A stretch of DNA of 64,000 nucleotides from an uncultured archaeon. Lineage in GTDB: Archaea > Nanohalarchaeota > Nanosalinia > Nanosalinales > Nanoanaerosalinaceae. This document shows positions 9,974 to 19,776 of the stretch, piece by piece. A program made the position numbers and the translations under genes. The notes below the pieces were generated by a model. That model saw only the letters and a list, made by a program, of their open reading frames with translations, searched no databases and was not told the DNA's origin. The DNA is taken from positions 9,250 to 73,249 of the forward strand of contig CAZFEL010000005.1 in NCBI GenBank assembly GCA_964517675.1, written 5' to 3'. The stretch's first letter is position 1. Each line of letters begins with the position of its first letter.

Positions 9974-10792
9974 ATGGTCGCTAGCCAAGAGACTCTGGAT
10001 GCCCTCGAAGACGTAGGACTCAACATGTACGAACGAAAGATCTACGCCGCACTTATCTCGCGTGGCGTCTCCACAGCCGGAGAGCTATCCGAGATGACCG
10101 GCGTCCCACGATCACGATCGTATGACGTTCTCGAGTCACTCGCCGAGAAGGGCTTTGCCATCCTCAAGCCATCCAAGCCGATGCAGTACGTGGCAGTACC
10201 GCCCGAGGAGGCACTCGAGAACAAGAAAGATCTGTACAAGCAGGAACTCGAGGAGAAGATGGACAAGATCGACCGGTTCAAGGAGACCGAAGCGGTCAAC
10301 GAGCTCGAGGGCCTGTACAACGAGGGCGTCGAGCGGGTCGAGCCCGCCGATATGTCCGGCGCAGTCAAGGGACGATACAACGTCCACAAGCACGTCGGCA
10401 ACATGATCCAGGCCGCCGAGGACGAGGTCAAGATCATGACGACCGAAGAAGGCCTCAACAACATCGTCGATAACCACCACGAGCTACTCGAAGAGGCCAA
10501 GGAGGCAGGCGTCAACGTCCGTGTCGCTGCACCTGTCACGGACGACAACGAGGAAGCACACGACCAGCTCAGCGCGGTCGCCGATGTCAGACACGTCGGC
10601 GAGGAGCACCTCGAGCACACACCGGAAGGACGGTTCGTCATCGTGGACGACTCCAAGGTCGCGTTCTCGCTCACCCACGACGACATCCACCCAACACAGG
10701 ACACCGTCTTCTGGTCCGAATCCGACCACGCGGCATCACAGGCCCTCGGCCCGATGTTCGAGATGGTCTGGAACAACGGCCAGCAGCCGTAA
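9974..10792 (+). CDS. TrmB family transcriptional regulator
   Basis: VGLNMYERKIYAALI...VPRSRSYDVLESLAEKG wHTH plus C-terminal effector domain. Confidence 0.9.
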   Translation: MVASQETLDALEDVGLNMYERKIYAALISRGVSTAGELSEMTGVPRSRSYDVLESLAEKGFAILKPSKPMQYVAVPPEEALENKKDLYKQELEEKMDKIDRFKETEAVNELEGLYNEGVERVEPADMSGAVKGRYNVHKHVGNMIQAAEDEVKIMTTEEGLNNIVDNHHELLEEAKEAGVNVRVAAPVTDDNEEAHDQLSAVADVRHVGEEHLEHTPEGRFVIVDDSKVAFSLTHDDIHPTQDTVFWSESDHAASQALGPMFEMVWNNGQQP

Positions 10793-10800
10793 ACCACAGC

Positions 10801-10840
10801 TGAGGCCGTCAGGCCTCACCTCTCTTTCCTTTTCCCCCTC
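10801..10840 (+). terminator. Hairpin plus pyrimidine tract after trmB
   Basis: TGAGGCC-GTCA-GGCCTCA followed by CTCTCTTTCCTTTT. Confidence 0.5.
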
Positions 10841-10863
10841 TCCTCCATCGACGGTGATACCAG

Positions 10864-11463
10864 ATGACTGACTTCTGCATCCAGATTCCCTACACCGTCA
10901 GCGGCGATAAGCTCGAGGAACAGTTCCGCGAATACGCCGAAAACGGCACGGACGGCGACTTCAAGGTCCGGATCACAGACGAGAAGGTCCTCGACTATGA
11001 CCGGCTCCTCGAGAAAGCATCGGATCCCGCAGAGGTCGAGAAGCTCTCCGAGCTCAATGACAGGGACGAACGACAGCTCGAACAGAGCAGCGATAGCTAC
11101 GGTACACCCCCCGACCTCGCGGCCCCGCAGTGGTTCTTCGAGTACAAGGACGGCATCGAGGTCGAGGTACGCACCAAACGGACCGCCTCACTGAAGGACG
11201 CATTCTTCCCACTCAAGACGGAGTTCAGGATCGCACCGGACGAGGAGTACAGCACACTCAACGAGAACACCGGGCGGCTCTACGACGATGACGACATCGA
11301 GGCATTCGAAGACTTTGCAGAAGAGCTCATCGCGGACCTCGGGCTACCATACCACGGCGACGCCGTCACGGAAGATATCCCCGCAGACGACGATGCCGAC
11401 CATCTCCGTTTCAAAGGGCAGATGATGTACGGCAATCCATCTGGCCGCGATTTCCTGTTCTGA
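10864..11463 (+). CDS. Acidic hypothetical protein
   Basis: 199-aa D/E-rich ORF with GGTGA SD-like motif upstream. Confidence 0.75.
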   Translation: MTDFCIQIPYTVSGDKLEEQFREYAENGTDGDFKVRITDEKVLDYDRLLEKASDPAEVEKLSELNDRDERQLEQSSDSYGTPPDLAAPQWFFEYKDGIEVEVRTKRTASLKDAFFPLKTEFRIAPDEEYSTLNENTGRLYDDDDIEAFEDFAEELIADLGLPYHGDAVTEDIPADDDADHLRFKGQMMYGNPSGRDFLF

Positions 11464-12363
11464 TCACTCACTGACCAGGCCATCATCCGTGACCGCCGCA
11501 GATAGCTCACCGGACAGGGCACGGCCGATACCCTCGCCCACGCTCGCCGACAGCAGCGTCAGCAGGTCCATCGATGCATCCCGGCGGTACTCCTTGACCG
11601 TCACGTTCGACCCCAGTTCCGCCTCCAGATACTCGATGGCCTCCTCGCGGCTGCCGAGTGTGTCCACCAACCCCGCATCGTGTGCATCCGTACCGAGGAT
11701 CGGTTCACCGGTCGCATACGGTTCGACCTCCTCCCGGCTCATGTTCCGGCCCTCAGCGATCTGCTCGATGAAGCCGGTATGGATCGTATCCAGCTGGTCC
11801 TGGAGCAGCTCCCGTTCCTCCTCTGTCATGTTCTTCAGCGGCGAGCCGATATCCTTCAACTCCCCCGCCGTGACATTGACGTACTCGATACCGAGCTTGT
11901 CCAGCAGACCGGAGAACTCCATGTACGTCGAGGTCACACCGATGCTGCCGGTCACCGTCAAGGAATCCGCGACGATCTCATCACAGGCCGTCGCCGCCCA
12001 GTAGGCTCCTGATGCTGCCGTATCCTTCATCAGGCAGGCTGTCGGCCCCTCCAGGTCCTCTATCGCCCTGGTGATATCCTTCGAGGCAACGACCGATCCA
12101 CCCGGGGAGTTGATCACGATCAGGTAACCCTCATTGCCGTCCTGTCGTGCCTCATCAAGGCTCTGGCGGAACCCGTCCGGTGTCGTCCCGTCGGTCGAGA
12201 TCCCTGTCCCGGACTGGATCGTCCCTGCAAGGCGTATCTCAGCGACCTGCCCATCGGCGGTTATGTCTGTCTCGTTCGGACCGGTCCCACCCATCGCATA
12301 CACGACGGCCACACCGGCGATGACAAGGATCAGCGCATGCGTCCAGTCCAGATCGCGGAGCAT
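11464..12363 (-). CDS. sppA: Signal peptide peptidase SppA (S49)
   Basis: N-terminal TM, INSPGGSV, AASGAYW, TGSIGV, GELKD. Confidence 0.9.
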   Translation of the reverse strand: MLRDLDWTHALILVIAGVAVVYAMGGTGPNETDITADGQVAEIRLAGTIQSGTGISTDGTTPDGFRQSLDEARQDGNEGYLIVINSPGGSVVASKDITRAIEDLEGPTACLMKDTAASGAYWAATACDEIVADSLTVTGSIGVTSTYMEFSGLLDKLGIEYVNVTAGELKDIGSPLKNMTEEERELLQDQLDTIHTGFIEQIAEGRNMSREEVEPYATGEPILGTDAHDAGLVDTLGSREEAIEYLEAELGSNVTVKEYRRDASMDLLTLLSASVGEGIGRALSGELSAAVTDDGLVSE

Positions 12364-12421
12364 GGTCCACCGTTCCAGCGCGTCCTTTTTATCTTTATCC
12401 GACCCACCCTCATCCGGTACC

Positions 12422-13708
12422 ATGGACCGGATCGATGACTGGGCGGACCTGCTTGTCACACGCGCACTCGAACTCGAGGACGGCGATCTCGTCGAGATCA
12501 CCTTCGGCCACGAGGCCAGACCGCTAGCACAGGCGGTCTACCGGAAGGCACTCGAGGCCGGGGCCCACCCGATCTACAGCCTCGATGACAGCATCTTCTC
12601 CCGTGTCTTCTACGAGGAGGCAGACAAGAACCAGCTGACACACATCCCCGACCATCTCGAACAGAAGGTCAAGGACCTCGATGCCTCCCTCCGCATCCGG
12701 GCACCGTCCAACACCCGCGAGCTCGCGGACACCAATCCAGAGGCCATACAGACCGTCCAGAAAGCCCGCAAGCACCTCAAAGACGAGATCATCGAGAACA
12801 CGGCCTGGTCCCTCACCCAGTACCCGACCGAAGCACTGGCACAGGAGGCAGAGATGTCCCTCGAGGCCTACACCAGATTCGTCTTCGATGCCTGTGTCAA
12901 GGACTGGGCGGCCGAATCACGGAAGTACCAGGAGCTGAAAGACGTCGTCGACGCCGGCTCCGAGGTCCACATCGAGGGCCACCGGACCAACCTCACCTTC
13001 AGCATCGGTGAGAACAACAGCATCAACCGGGTCGGGGAACTCAGCGACGGGACCTCGAACGTCCCTGGCGGGGAGGTCTTCACTGCACCAGTCATCGCGT
13101 CCGTCGACGGCGAGATCTACTTCGAGCTACCCGCGGTCACCGGCGGCCGGGAGGTCAAAGGCGTCCATCTCGTCTTCGAGGACGGTGAGGTCACAGAGGC
13201 ATCGGCAGAGAAAAACGAAGACCTGCTCCACGAGCGCCTCGAGACCGACGAGGGCGCACGACGGCTCGGTGAGTTCGGTATCGGGACCAACTTCGACATC
13301 GACCGGTTCACCAGGAACATCCTGTTCGACGAGAAGATCGGCGGTACCATCCATCTCGCCCTCGGCAGTGCCTACCGTGACTGCTTCCAGCGCCAGATCG
13401 ACGTCGAGGCAATCGAGAGGAACGGCCTCGAGGACGAGCGCTTCGAGGAGCTGCTCGCAGATGCCAGGGAGGCCCTCCGAGACGGGGAGTTCGATGAACT
13501 CCAGGAGGAAGCAGACGAGCAGACGACTGCAGTCATCGATGCGATCAAGGAGGCATGGGATGCCCTCGAGGACGAAGAAAACGCCCAGGTGAACGAATCA
13601 TCCGTCCACTGGGACATGATCAAGGACCTCCGCGAAGGCGGCTCGATGAGCATCGATGGGCGGACCATCCTGAAAGACGGCGAGTTCGTCGGGATCGATA
13701 GCCTCTAA
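12422..13708 (+). CDS. M29 (AmpT/PepS-like) aminopeptidase
   Basis: NVPGGEVFTAP, LGEFGIG, FDEKIGGTIHLALG, HWDMI. Confidence 0.9.
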   Translation: MDRIDDWADLLVTRALELEDGDLVEITFGHEARPLAQAVYRKALEAGAHPIYSLDDSIFSRVFYEEADKNQLTHIPDHLEQKVKDLDASLRIRAPSNTRELADTNPEAIQTVQKARKHLKDEIIENTAWSLTQYPTEALAQEAEMSLEAYTRFVFDACVKDWAAESRKYQELKDVVDAGSEVHIEGHRTNLTFSIGENNSINRVGELSDGTSNVPGGEVFTAPVIASVDGEIYFELPAVTGGREVKGVHLVFEDGEVTEASAEKNEDLLHERLETDEGARRLGEFGIGTNFDIDRFTRNILFDEKIGGTIHLALGSAYRDCFQRQIDVEAIERNGLEDERFEELLADAREALRDGEFDELQEEADEQTTAVIDAIKEAWDALEDEENAQVNESSVHWDMIKDLREGGSMSIDGRTILKDGEFVGIDSL

Positions 13709-14256
13709 CGGTTCCGCAGCAGGGACGAAAGGGTCAGCGCGGAGCCCGCGGCAAGCACGAGACCGGTCATCGTCGCCCAGTCCAGCCCCTCCATCACACC
13801 GATGAACAGCAGCACCACCGCAAGCGGTGTCCCTGTGAAAAGCGGGACGAACATCATACCGAGTCGCTCCTTCGTCATCCTATCATCGACATAGATATCG
13901 GTCGCTGCAGCAGCATAGACCCGCACAGCCCACAGCCAGTACCCGGTCCCGGCGAGGACGAAAAGCACCAGGACAGCCATCCCGCTCCCGATAAGACCCC
14001 AGATGGAGGCGATCACCACGACCATCCCGGGCAGGACCGCTGCATAGGCAAAGACACGCCGGAACGTTTCACCGTCCTCGATCCGCGTGCTGATCAGTGG
14101 AACAGTGACATAGACCGCAGCTATCAGCGGGACAAAGAACCGCGGCGATCCCGCGATTGTCCGCGACCCGGCGAGAGCGTAGAATGCGATGACAGCCGCC
14201 ATCCCGATGACAGCCCGGCCATCGTTCACGGCTGCATCGATGTCGTCCAGGACCAT
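13705..14256 (-). CDS. Hypothetical membrane protein
   Basis: 183 aa with about six hydrophobic segments. Confidence 0.7.
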   Translation of the reverse strand: MVLDDIDAAVNDGRAVIGMAAVIAFYALAGSRTIAGSPRFFVPLIAAVYVTVPLISTRIEDGETFRRVFAYAAVLPGMVVVIASIWGLIGSGMAVLVLFVLAGTGYWLWAVRVYAAAATDIYVDDRMTKERLGMMFVPLFTGTPLAVVLLFIGVMEGLDWATMTGLVLAAGSALTLSSLLRNR

Positions 14257-14288
14257 GATACCTCATTGGGTGCCGGGCTTAAAACGTC

Positions 14289-14933
14289 TCAGGCCTCGAA
14301 CCGTTCATCCAGCAGCTCCTGGATGGTCGCCCAGACTTCCTCGATCGACGGGTTGCCATCGACCTCCGCGAGCATGTCCTTCTTCCGGTAGTACTGGACC
14401 AGCGGGGCGGTCTTGTCCCGGTAGGTCTCCAGGCGCTTCCGGACGACCTCCTCCTGGTCGTCCTCCCTCTGTTTCAGGCCGGAGCCACACTCCGTGCACG
14501 TCCCATCGTCCGCCGGCGGATCGAAGTCCATGTGGAAGGTCGCTCCACAGCCGGTACACGTCCGGCGACCTGTCAGCCGCTCGATGACGTTTCCTTCATC
14601 GACATTGAGGTAGATGACGAGCTCGATGTCCGCGATATCGTCCATGTACTCGGCCTGCGTCCGCGTCCGTGGGTACCCGTCCAGGATGAACCCGTCGTCG
14701 GTGTCCGGTTCCTCCAGGCGCTTCTGGAGGATCTCGACCATCATCTCGTCCGGGACGTACTCGCCCTCGTCGATGTACTCCCTAGGCGTGCCGTACTCCG
14801 TCTCCATGTCCTTGTTGGAACGGAGGATCTGCCCGGTGCTGATGTGGGGTATGGAGAACTGTTTGGCGATCTTGGTTGCCTGGGTGCCCTTGCCTGCCCC
14901 AGGCGGGCCGAGGATGATCAAATTCATTGGCAT
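14289..14933 (-). CDS. adk: Adenylate kinase (bacterial-type, Zn LID)
   Basis: GPPGAGKGTQA, HISTG, LDGYPRT, CTGCG...CTECG LID; start 14933 or 14927. Confidence 0.95.
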   Translation of the reverse strand: MPMNLIILGPPGAGKGTQATKIAKQFSIPHISTGQILRSNKDMETEYGTPREYIDEGEYVPDEMMVEILQKRLEEPDTDDGFILDGYPRTRTQAEYMDDIADIELVIYLNVDEGNVIERLTGRRTCTGCGATFHMDFDPPADDGTCTECGSGLKQREDDQEEVVRKRLETYRDKTAPLVQYYRKKDMLAEVDGNPSIEEVWATIQELLDERFEA

Positions 14934-15008
14934 TCGTCGGTACCCCTGTAGGGTATCCCTTCCTGCGGGACATCCATGTACGGACTATGAGGATATTAAA
15001 CCTTTCCC

Positions 15009-16346
15009 CTACACCAGGTGGAGGAACCGCGCGAGGAACCTGTACCAGTCGTCCTCGTCCTGGTCCGCATCGATGAACCGTGCCTCCGCCATCGGCGTGG
15101 TCAGGTCCGTCGGCACACCGCGTTCCCTGTTGTCCTCAACCAGGAACCGCTCCAGGACCTCCTCCGCATGGGTCTGGTCCCGCTCCACGATCGTCGTCAG
15201 CCGGTCACCTTCCACCCAGACGGTGTCGTACTTCGATGCGAACTCCTCCAGGTGGGTGCTGTTGTGGAATACACGCGGCCCGCTGTGTTTGACCCGTTCA
15301 GGGAGCTCGGCGAGCTGGAGATCGAAGACCAGCCGCACGACGGCATCGGTCACGAAGAAGGCCGAATCGAACAGCTGGAACTCGTTGTCCCGCAGCTCCT
15401 GGCGCATCCTATCCATCAGCCTCCTGAGCTGTGGATACAGGATATCATCCACCACATCAGGCCGCTCGAGCTCCATCACCACGACCTCACCGCGGGCCTC
15501 GAGTTCCTCCCGGACCCGCTCCCGGTCGATGTGGGGTTCCTCGGGGAAAAACGCCTCCCGATCAGGCTCCTGCAGGTACCGCCAGGCCGCATGGATGAAC
15601 CGGGCATAGTTCTCCGATGACAGCACCGAGGCGACATTGCGGTCCGGGTCCGTCGGGTCGATCACGACGAGGTCCTCATCGCTGAATTTCTCGACCAGCC
15701 GGTCCGGCAGCCCGTCCCCGTGGTGGTCCTCGACATCGATCACCGTCTCCTGCTCCCATCCGACCGCGGCCTCCAGCAGCTCCCGGAACCCCCCGTAGCG
15801 GGCGATCAGGATCTCACAGAGGTACCCCGAGAACCCCTCGACGCGGAGCGAGGAGCCGTACAGTCCACGACCTTTGAGGAAGGCCTTCAGCAGGACGACC
15901 TCCTTCCGCTCGTCGTCATCCAGTGTATCGTCGACCCAGTCCGTGTGCAGCGGTGTCCGATCGACCGAGGACCGGAGCTCGTCCGGCGCATCGATATCAT
16001 ACGCAGGGACGATCTCGACCTCGAACCCGTCGATCTCGCCTTTGGTGTACGGGTGCTCGGCGAACTCGACCACATACGTCCCGTCGAAGTACTCGAAGAC
16101 GTCCTCCCCGATCGCGAGACCCTCCTCTTCGAGCTCATCCTCTGTCGTATCCTTCCCGAAGAAGACGAAGATATCCAGGTCCTTGTCCCCGGAGATGAAC
16201 GTCCGCTTGGCCAGCGAGCCCATAAGCCGTGCATCACGGCCGTACTCATCATCGATGTAGTCCCGTATCCGCTCGAAGGCATCCCGGGCACGGCGGTGCT
16301 CATCGTCCGACGGCCACGCCTCCTCGAGAACCTCGTCCTCGACCAT
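15009..16346 (-). CDS. cca: Class I CCA-adding enzyme
   Basis: GSLAKRTFISGDKDLDIF, AEHPY, VDRTPLH, GFSGYLCE, DPTDPDRNVAS. Confidence 0.95.
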   Translation of the reverse strand: MVEDEVLEEAWPSDDEHRRARDAFERIRDYIDDEYGRDARLMGSLAKRTFISGDKDLDIFVFFGKDTTEDELEEEGLAIGEDVFEYFDGTYVVEFAEHPYTKGEIDGFEVEIVPAYDIDAPDELRSSVDRTPLHTDWVDDTLDDDERKEVVLLKAFLKGRGLYGSSLRVEGFSGYLCEILIARYGGFRELLEAAVGWEQETVIDVEDHHGDGLPDRLVEKFSDEDLVVIDPTDPDRNVASVLSSENYARFIHAAWRYLQEPDREAFFPEEPHIDRERVREELEARGEVVVMELERPDVVDDILYPQLRRLMDRMRQELRDNEFQLFDSAFFVTDAVVRLVFDLQLAELPERVKHSGPRVFHNSTHLEEFASKYDTVWVEGDRLTTIVERDQTHAEEVLERFLVEDNRERGVPTDLTTPMAEARFIDADQDEDDWYRFLARFLHLV

Positions 16347-16385
16347 GCCAGAAGATGGGGACGGGTGGATAAAATAGGTACCGGC

Positions 16386-16952
16386 TCAGTCCCCGGTCCT
16401 GTACAGCACGGAGACCCCTTCCTCATGGCCTCCGGCCTTCTCCAGGAGCGCATCCGTACCGGTCCGTGGCCCGTCCCTGTCGACGTATAACATCCGGTCC
16501 TGCATCAGGCGTCCCTCGACCGCGGTGTACAGGTCATCCGCGAGCTCGTCCGGGACATCATCGAAGGAGACGTACCGCTCCACGATGGCCTCACCGACGC
16601 TTTCGAACCCCGGTCCATCGTCCCCGGTCGGGACGACGATGTCGTACTGCTCCATCCCGTCCCCGTCCTCGAAGGCCACAAGGGCCGCGGCCGGTTCCTC
16701 CCCGAGGGTGGCATAGATAGCATCCGGCACGATGAGCTCCTCGTCCGGACCGTCCACTCTGTACCGGACCTCCTCATTCTCCGCCACGGAGGCGTTGTAC
16801 GAGGAGACCGCCCCCTCGATGACGGCGGTCAGGTCATGGGCCCGCCCGTCGACACGGACACCGCCGTACTCCTCCCCTCGTCCGACGGCATGGCCTGGGC
16901 CGGTGGCGTCTGCCTCGATATCTTCCAGTTCCTCGATCCAGGGCTCGGTCAT
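16386..16952 (-). CDS. Acidic hypothetical protein
   Basis: 188-aa D/E-rich ORF. Confidence 0.7.
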   Translation of the reverse strand: MTEPWIEELEDIEADATGPGHAVGRGEEYGGVRVDGRAHDLTAVIEGAVSSYNASVAENEEVRYRVDGPDEELIVPDAIYATLGEEPAAALVAFEDGDGMEQYDIVVPTGDDGPGFESVGEAIVERYVSFDDVPDELADDLYTAVEGRLMQDRMLYVDRDGPRTGTDALLEKAGGHEEGVSVLYRTGD

Positions 16953-17059
16953 GCCTGGTTAATGTTTCTTAAGGGATAAAAGCCTTGCGCTTAACGTCCG
17001 TTTCCCTCGATACGTGTTGACCGGTACGTTTTTTGTATCGCGGCCCTCTTTCCTTCTGT

Positions 17060-17533
17060 ATGCCATACGCGACCCATGCCCCCGGTGATGACGGGACGGA
17101 CGAACGGGTCTATGCGACCTCCTGGGACTTCACGTTCAGCGAGGTCCTGCGGGGCGCACTGGGAGGACGACGGCAGATCAACCGCGCCATCCTGGAGTAC
17201 GCGGAGGAGTTCGAGAAGGCAGCACGCGTCCTCGGTGCCGAGAAAAACGGCTCCTACGTGGATGCCTATGACCCGGTGACGGACACCGAGGCCGGGGTCG
17301 AGGACCCCGACGATCTCTACGATGTCCTGATCGATGACGTCGACGTGGAGGACATTGAGGTACAGTATGAGAAAGACGGTGCAGAGCTATCCTTCCGGTA
17401 CGAACGGGCCGCCAGCAAGCCGTTCACGGTCGAGGTCGAAGGCACAGACCTGCTCGGACTGATGGAACAAGAGCTCGGACGCGGTATGGGAGAGAAAGGG
17501 GAAAACGGAGGCCTGCTCGGCTTCCTGGGCTAG
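17060..17533 (+). CDS. Acidic hypothetical protein
   Basis: ATG at 17060, D/E-rich, convergent with eIF5A. Confidence 0.7.
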   Translation: MPYATHAPGDDGTDERVYATSWDFTFSEVLRGALGGRRQINRAILEYAEEFEKAARVLGAEKNGSYVDAYDPVTDTEAGVEDPDDLYDVLIDDVDVEDIEVQYEKDGAELSFRYERAASKPFTVEVEGTDLLGLMEQELGRGMGEKGENGGLLGFLG

Positions 17534-17916
17534 CCCTGATGCTTGCCCTTGACCATCTTGCGGTCGCCGATGACCCAGTAGTTGATCTCCTCGCCCTCTG
17601 AGATACTGAGATCATCCGGCATCTTCATCTCCTCGGTCTCGTAGGTATCCATATCCATGACCTGGGCGATGTCCCCGTCCAGCGAGACGATCTGGCCGAC
17701 CTTCTTATCGACATCGGGGGACATCAGCATCGTATCGCCCGGCTTGGTCACAGTCCGCGTCTGGTCATCGAAGACACCGACCGCCTGGATGCGGTACTTG
17801 GCCGCACCGTGCTTGCCAGGGGCTGACTTCTTCGTTTTACGTACCTTACAGGGTTCGTCCTCAAGGATGATGTAGTCTCCCTTCGAGACACTCTTGGCTT
17901 CGACCTGATGTGGCAT
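17530..17916 (-). CDS. eif5a: Translation factor aIF5A/eIF5A
   Basis: KSAPGKHGAAK hypusine-site motif. Confidence 0.95.
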   Translation of the reverse strand: MPHQVEAKSVSKGDYIILEDEPCKVRKTKKSAPGKHGAAKYRIQAVGVFDDQTRTVTKPGDTMLMSPDVDKKVGQIVSLDGDIAQVMDMDTYETEEMKMPDDLSISEGEEINYWVIGDRKMVKGKHQG

Positions 17917-18017
17917 GCGTTATTACCTCACTGATTACCTCCCGTCCGGTTCTTTTAAAGGTATTCAAGGGGTCGTGGCCGGGGAGATGCGAGAGCAACA
18001 GAGAGAAAAAGAGAGGA

Positions 18018-18303
18018 GATACGCCCTACGAACCCAGGGGTGTGGGGGAAAGGCGTTCTGTGTTGCCTTCCGGGCTCGTAAAGGCAAAGACGCCTGGCGG
18101 CCCACAGAGGGGCCGCCTGACGCGGGGATGAGGGCGACCTGCTGCAGGGAGGCCGTCCGCAGGACTCGGGGGAGACCTGCATCCGGCCATCTCCTGCCAG
18201 CGCGGGGATACCGCACTGTCGGGGGAAGCCTGTCGCCCTAATATAGGTTTCGTGGGGGGAACCATATCCGGTCAGCGGGCGTCCCTGCCTGAAAGGGCGT
18301 ATC
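18018..18303. ncRNA. Unassigned structured non-coding RNA candidate (about 286 nt)
   Basis: 10-bp terminal stem GATACGCCCT/AGGGCGTATC enclosing at least five hairpins; no acidic ORF in the roughly 500-bp gap; family not recognised. Confidence 0.55.
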
Positions 18304-18417
18304 CCGGCGGTCGTACCGCCATATAGGCCCGCGGGTGTTGGCCCGAGGCCGGTGTGGGGTTGCAGGCACATGGCCTGACTACCATGGGGCGGGCGTGGTG
18401 CCCGCCCTACCATAGGT

Positions 18418-19491
18418 TCATTGCTGTTTGATGACCTTCAGGCCGAGATCGTCCATGTCCTTCACATCGGCCTCCTCGCTGCCCTGTTCCTGGGGCCCGA
18501 GGACGTAGGGTGACTCGACACCGGTGATGATCGAGATGACCTGAACCTTGCCCTCCAGTTCCTCATTGATCCGGGCGCCCCAGATGACCTGGGCCTGTGG
18601 GTCCAGCTTCTCGATGACCGTCTGGCCGATGTCATTGATCTCATTGAGGGACAGTCCCTCGCCACCTTCGACGTGGACAAGGGCACCGTTCGATCCCTCG
18701 AAGTCGACATCCAGGAGCGGGTTGGACAGGGCCTCTGCGATGGCCTCCTTGCCCTTGTTCCTGGTGTCGGACTCTCCGTAGCCTACCACAGCGACACCTC
18801 CGGAATGCATGATGGCCTTGACGTCTGCGTAATCCAGGTTGACCAGGGACGGCTTCGAGATCGTCTCGGTGACGCCTTTGATCATCGTCGTGATCAGCTC
18901 ATCAGCGACACCGAACGCCTGGTCGAGGGGCATGTCCCCTGCGATGTCGATCAGCTTGTCGTTCTCGATGACGATCGCCGTATCGACGAACTCCCGGAGC
19001 CGGACAAGCCCGTCCTCCGCCTTGGATTTCCTCGCACCCTCGATCTGGAACGGCATCGTGACCGTCCCGATGACGATGCAGTCCTCGCTTTTCGCGATGT
19101 CGGCAAGGACAGGGATGGCACCGGTGCCGGTACCGCCTCCAAGACCCGCACAGAGGAACACCATATCAGCGTCAGCAAACAGAGAACGGAGCTCTGAGCG
19201 GTTCTCTTCGGCAGCCTTGGCGCCTTTCTCAGGATGGCCTCCGGCACCGAGTCCCCGGGTGAGGTCCTGTCCGATCAGGATCTTCCGGTCAGCGTTGGAC
19301 ATCTTCAGGTGCTGCTTGTCCGTGTTGACCGCAAGGGTCTCGGCACCGGCAACGTTTTTGTTCTGCATACGCGTTATCATGTTGTTGCCGGCTCCCCCGA
19401 TCCCGACGACAAGGATCTTGGCATCTTTTACGTCGTCAAACTGGTTTGTGTCGTGGTCTTCATCCGCCGCGTCTTCGATGATCGCATTCAT
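18418..19491 (-). CDS. ftsZ: Cell division protein FtsZ (FtsZ2-like)
   Basis: GIGGAGNN, NTDKQHL, GLGAGG, GGGTGTG tubulin signature, NLDYAD. Confidence 0.97.
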   Translation of the reverse strand: MNAIIEDAADEDHDTNQFDDVKDAKILVVGIGGAGNNMITRMQNKNVAGAETLAVNTDKQHLKMSNADRKILIGQDLTRGLGAGGHPEKGAKAAEENRSELRSLFADADMVFLCAGLGGGTGTGAIPVLADIAKSEDCIVIGTVTMPFQIEGARKSKAEDGLVRLREFVDTAIVIENDKLIDIAGDMPLDQAFGVADELITTMIKGVTETISKPSLVNLDYADVKAIMHSGGVAVVGYGESDTRNKGKEAIAEALSNPLLDVDFEGSNGALVHVEGGEGLSLNEINDIGQTVIEKLDPQAQVIWGARINEELEGKVQVISIITGVESPYVLGPQEQGSEEADVKDMDDLGLKVIKQQ

Positions 19492-19580
19492 TGTGCTATC
19501 TCCTCTCGGACAGGTGGACTCCACTACAACAATCTTTTTGTGTGTGGCACATCCACCTACTACTGCCCTTGGTCGGTTAG

Positions 19581-19776
19581 AAGAACTCTAATCGATCTAT
19601 ATTTCGATATGGTTGACTCTGGTTGATCAGAAGTTGCCCAACTCTGGTCGACGTACCCATTGATTCACGTCCTGGATCGTGCCCGCGATCCAAAGTGAAT
19701 CGAACCATGAAACGTTGTAAGCCCAAATCGGAAGTCCGATCAAGTTCGTGTGCCCGCACGAACCAATCGAGTTCTT
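19581..19776 (-). promoter_or_regulatory. Structured leader/ncRNA upstream of ftsZ with repeated YGGGCA-loop hairpins
   Basis: 8-bp closing stem 19581-19588/19769-19776; three hairpins with the same hexaloop; TTTATATA box about 25 nt upstream on the minus strand. Confidence 0.5.

Noticed and set aside
18018-18303. Calling the structured region RNase P RNA or SRP RNA
   Set aside because: Size fits, but I could not find the conserved P4/CR-I/CR-V or helix-8 signatures on either strand; left unassigned
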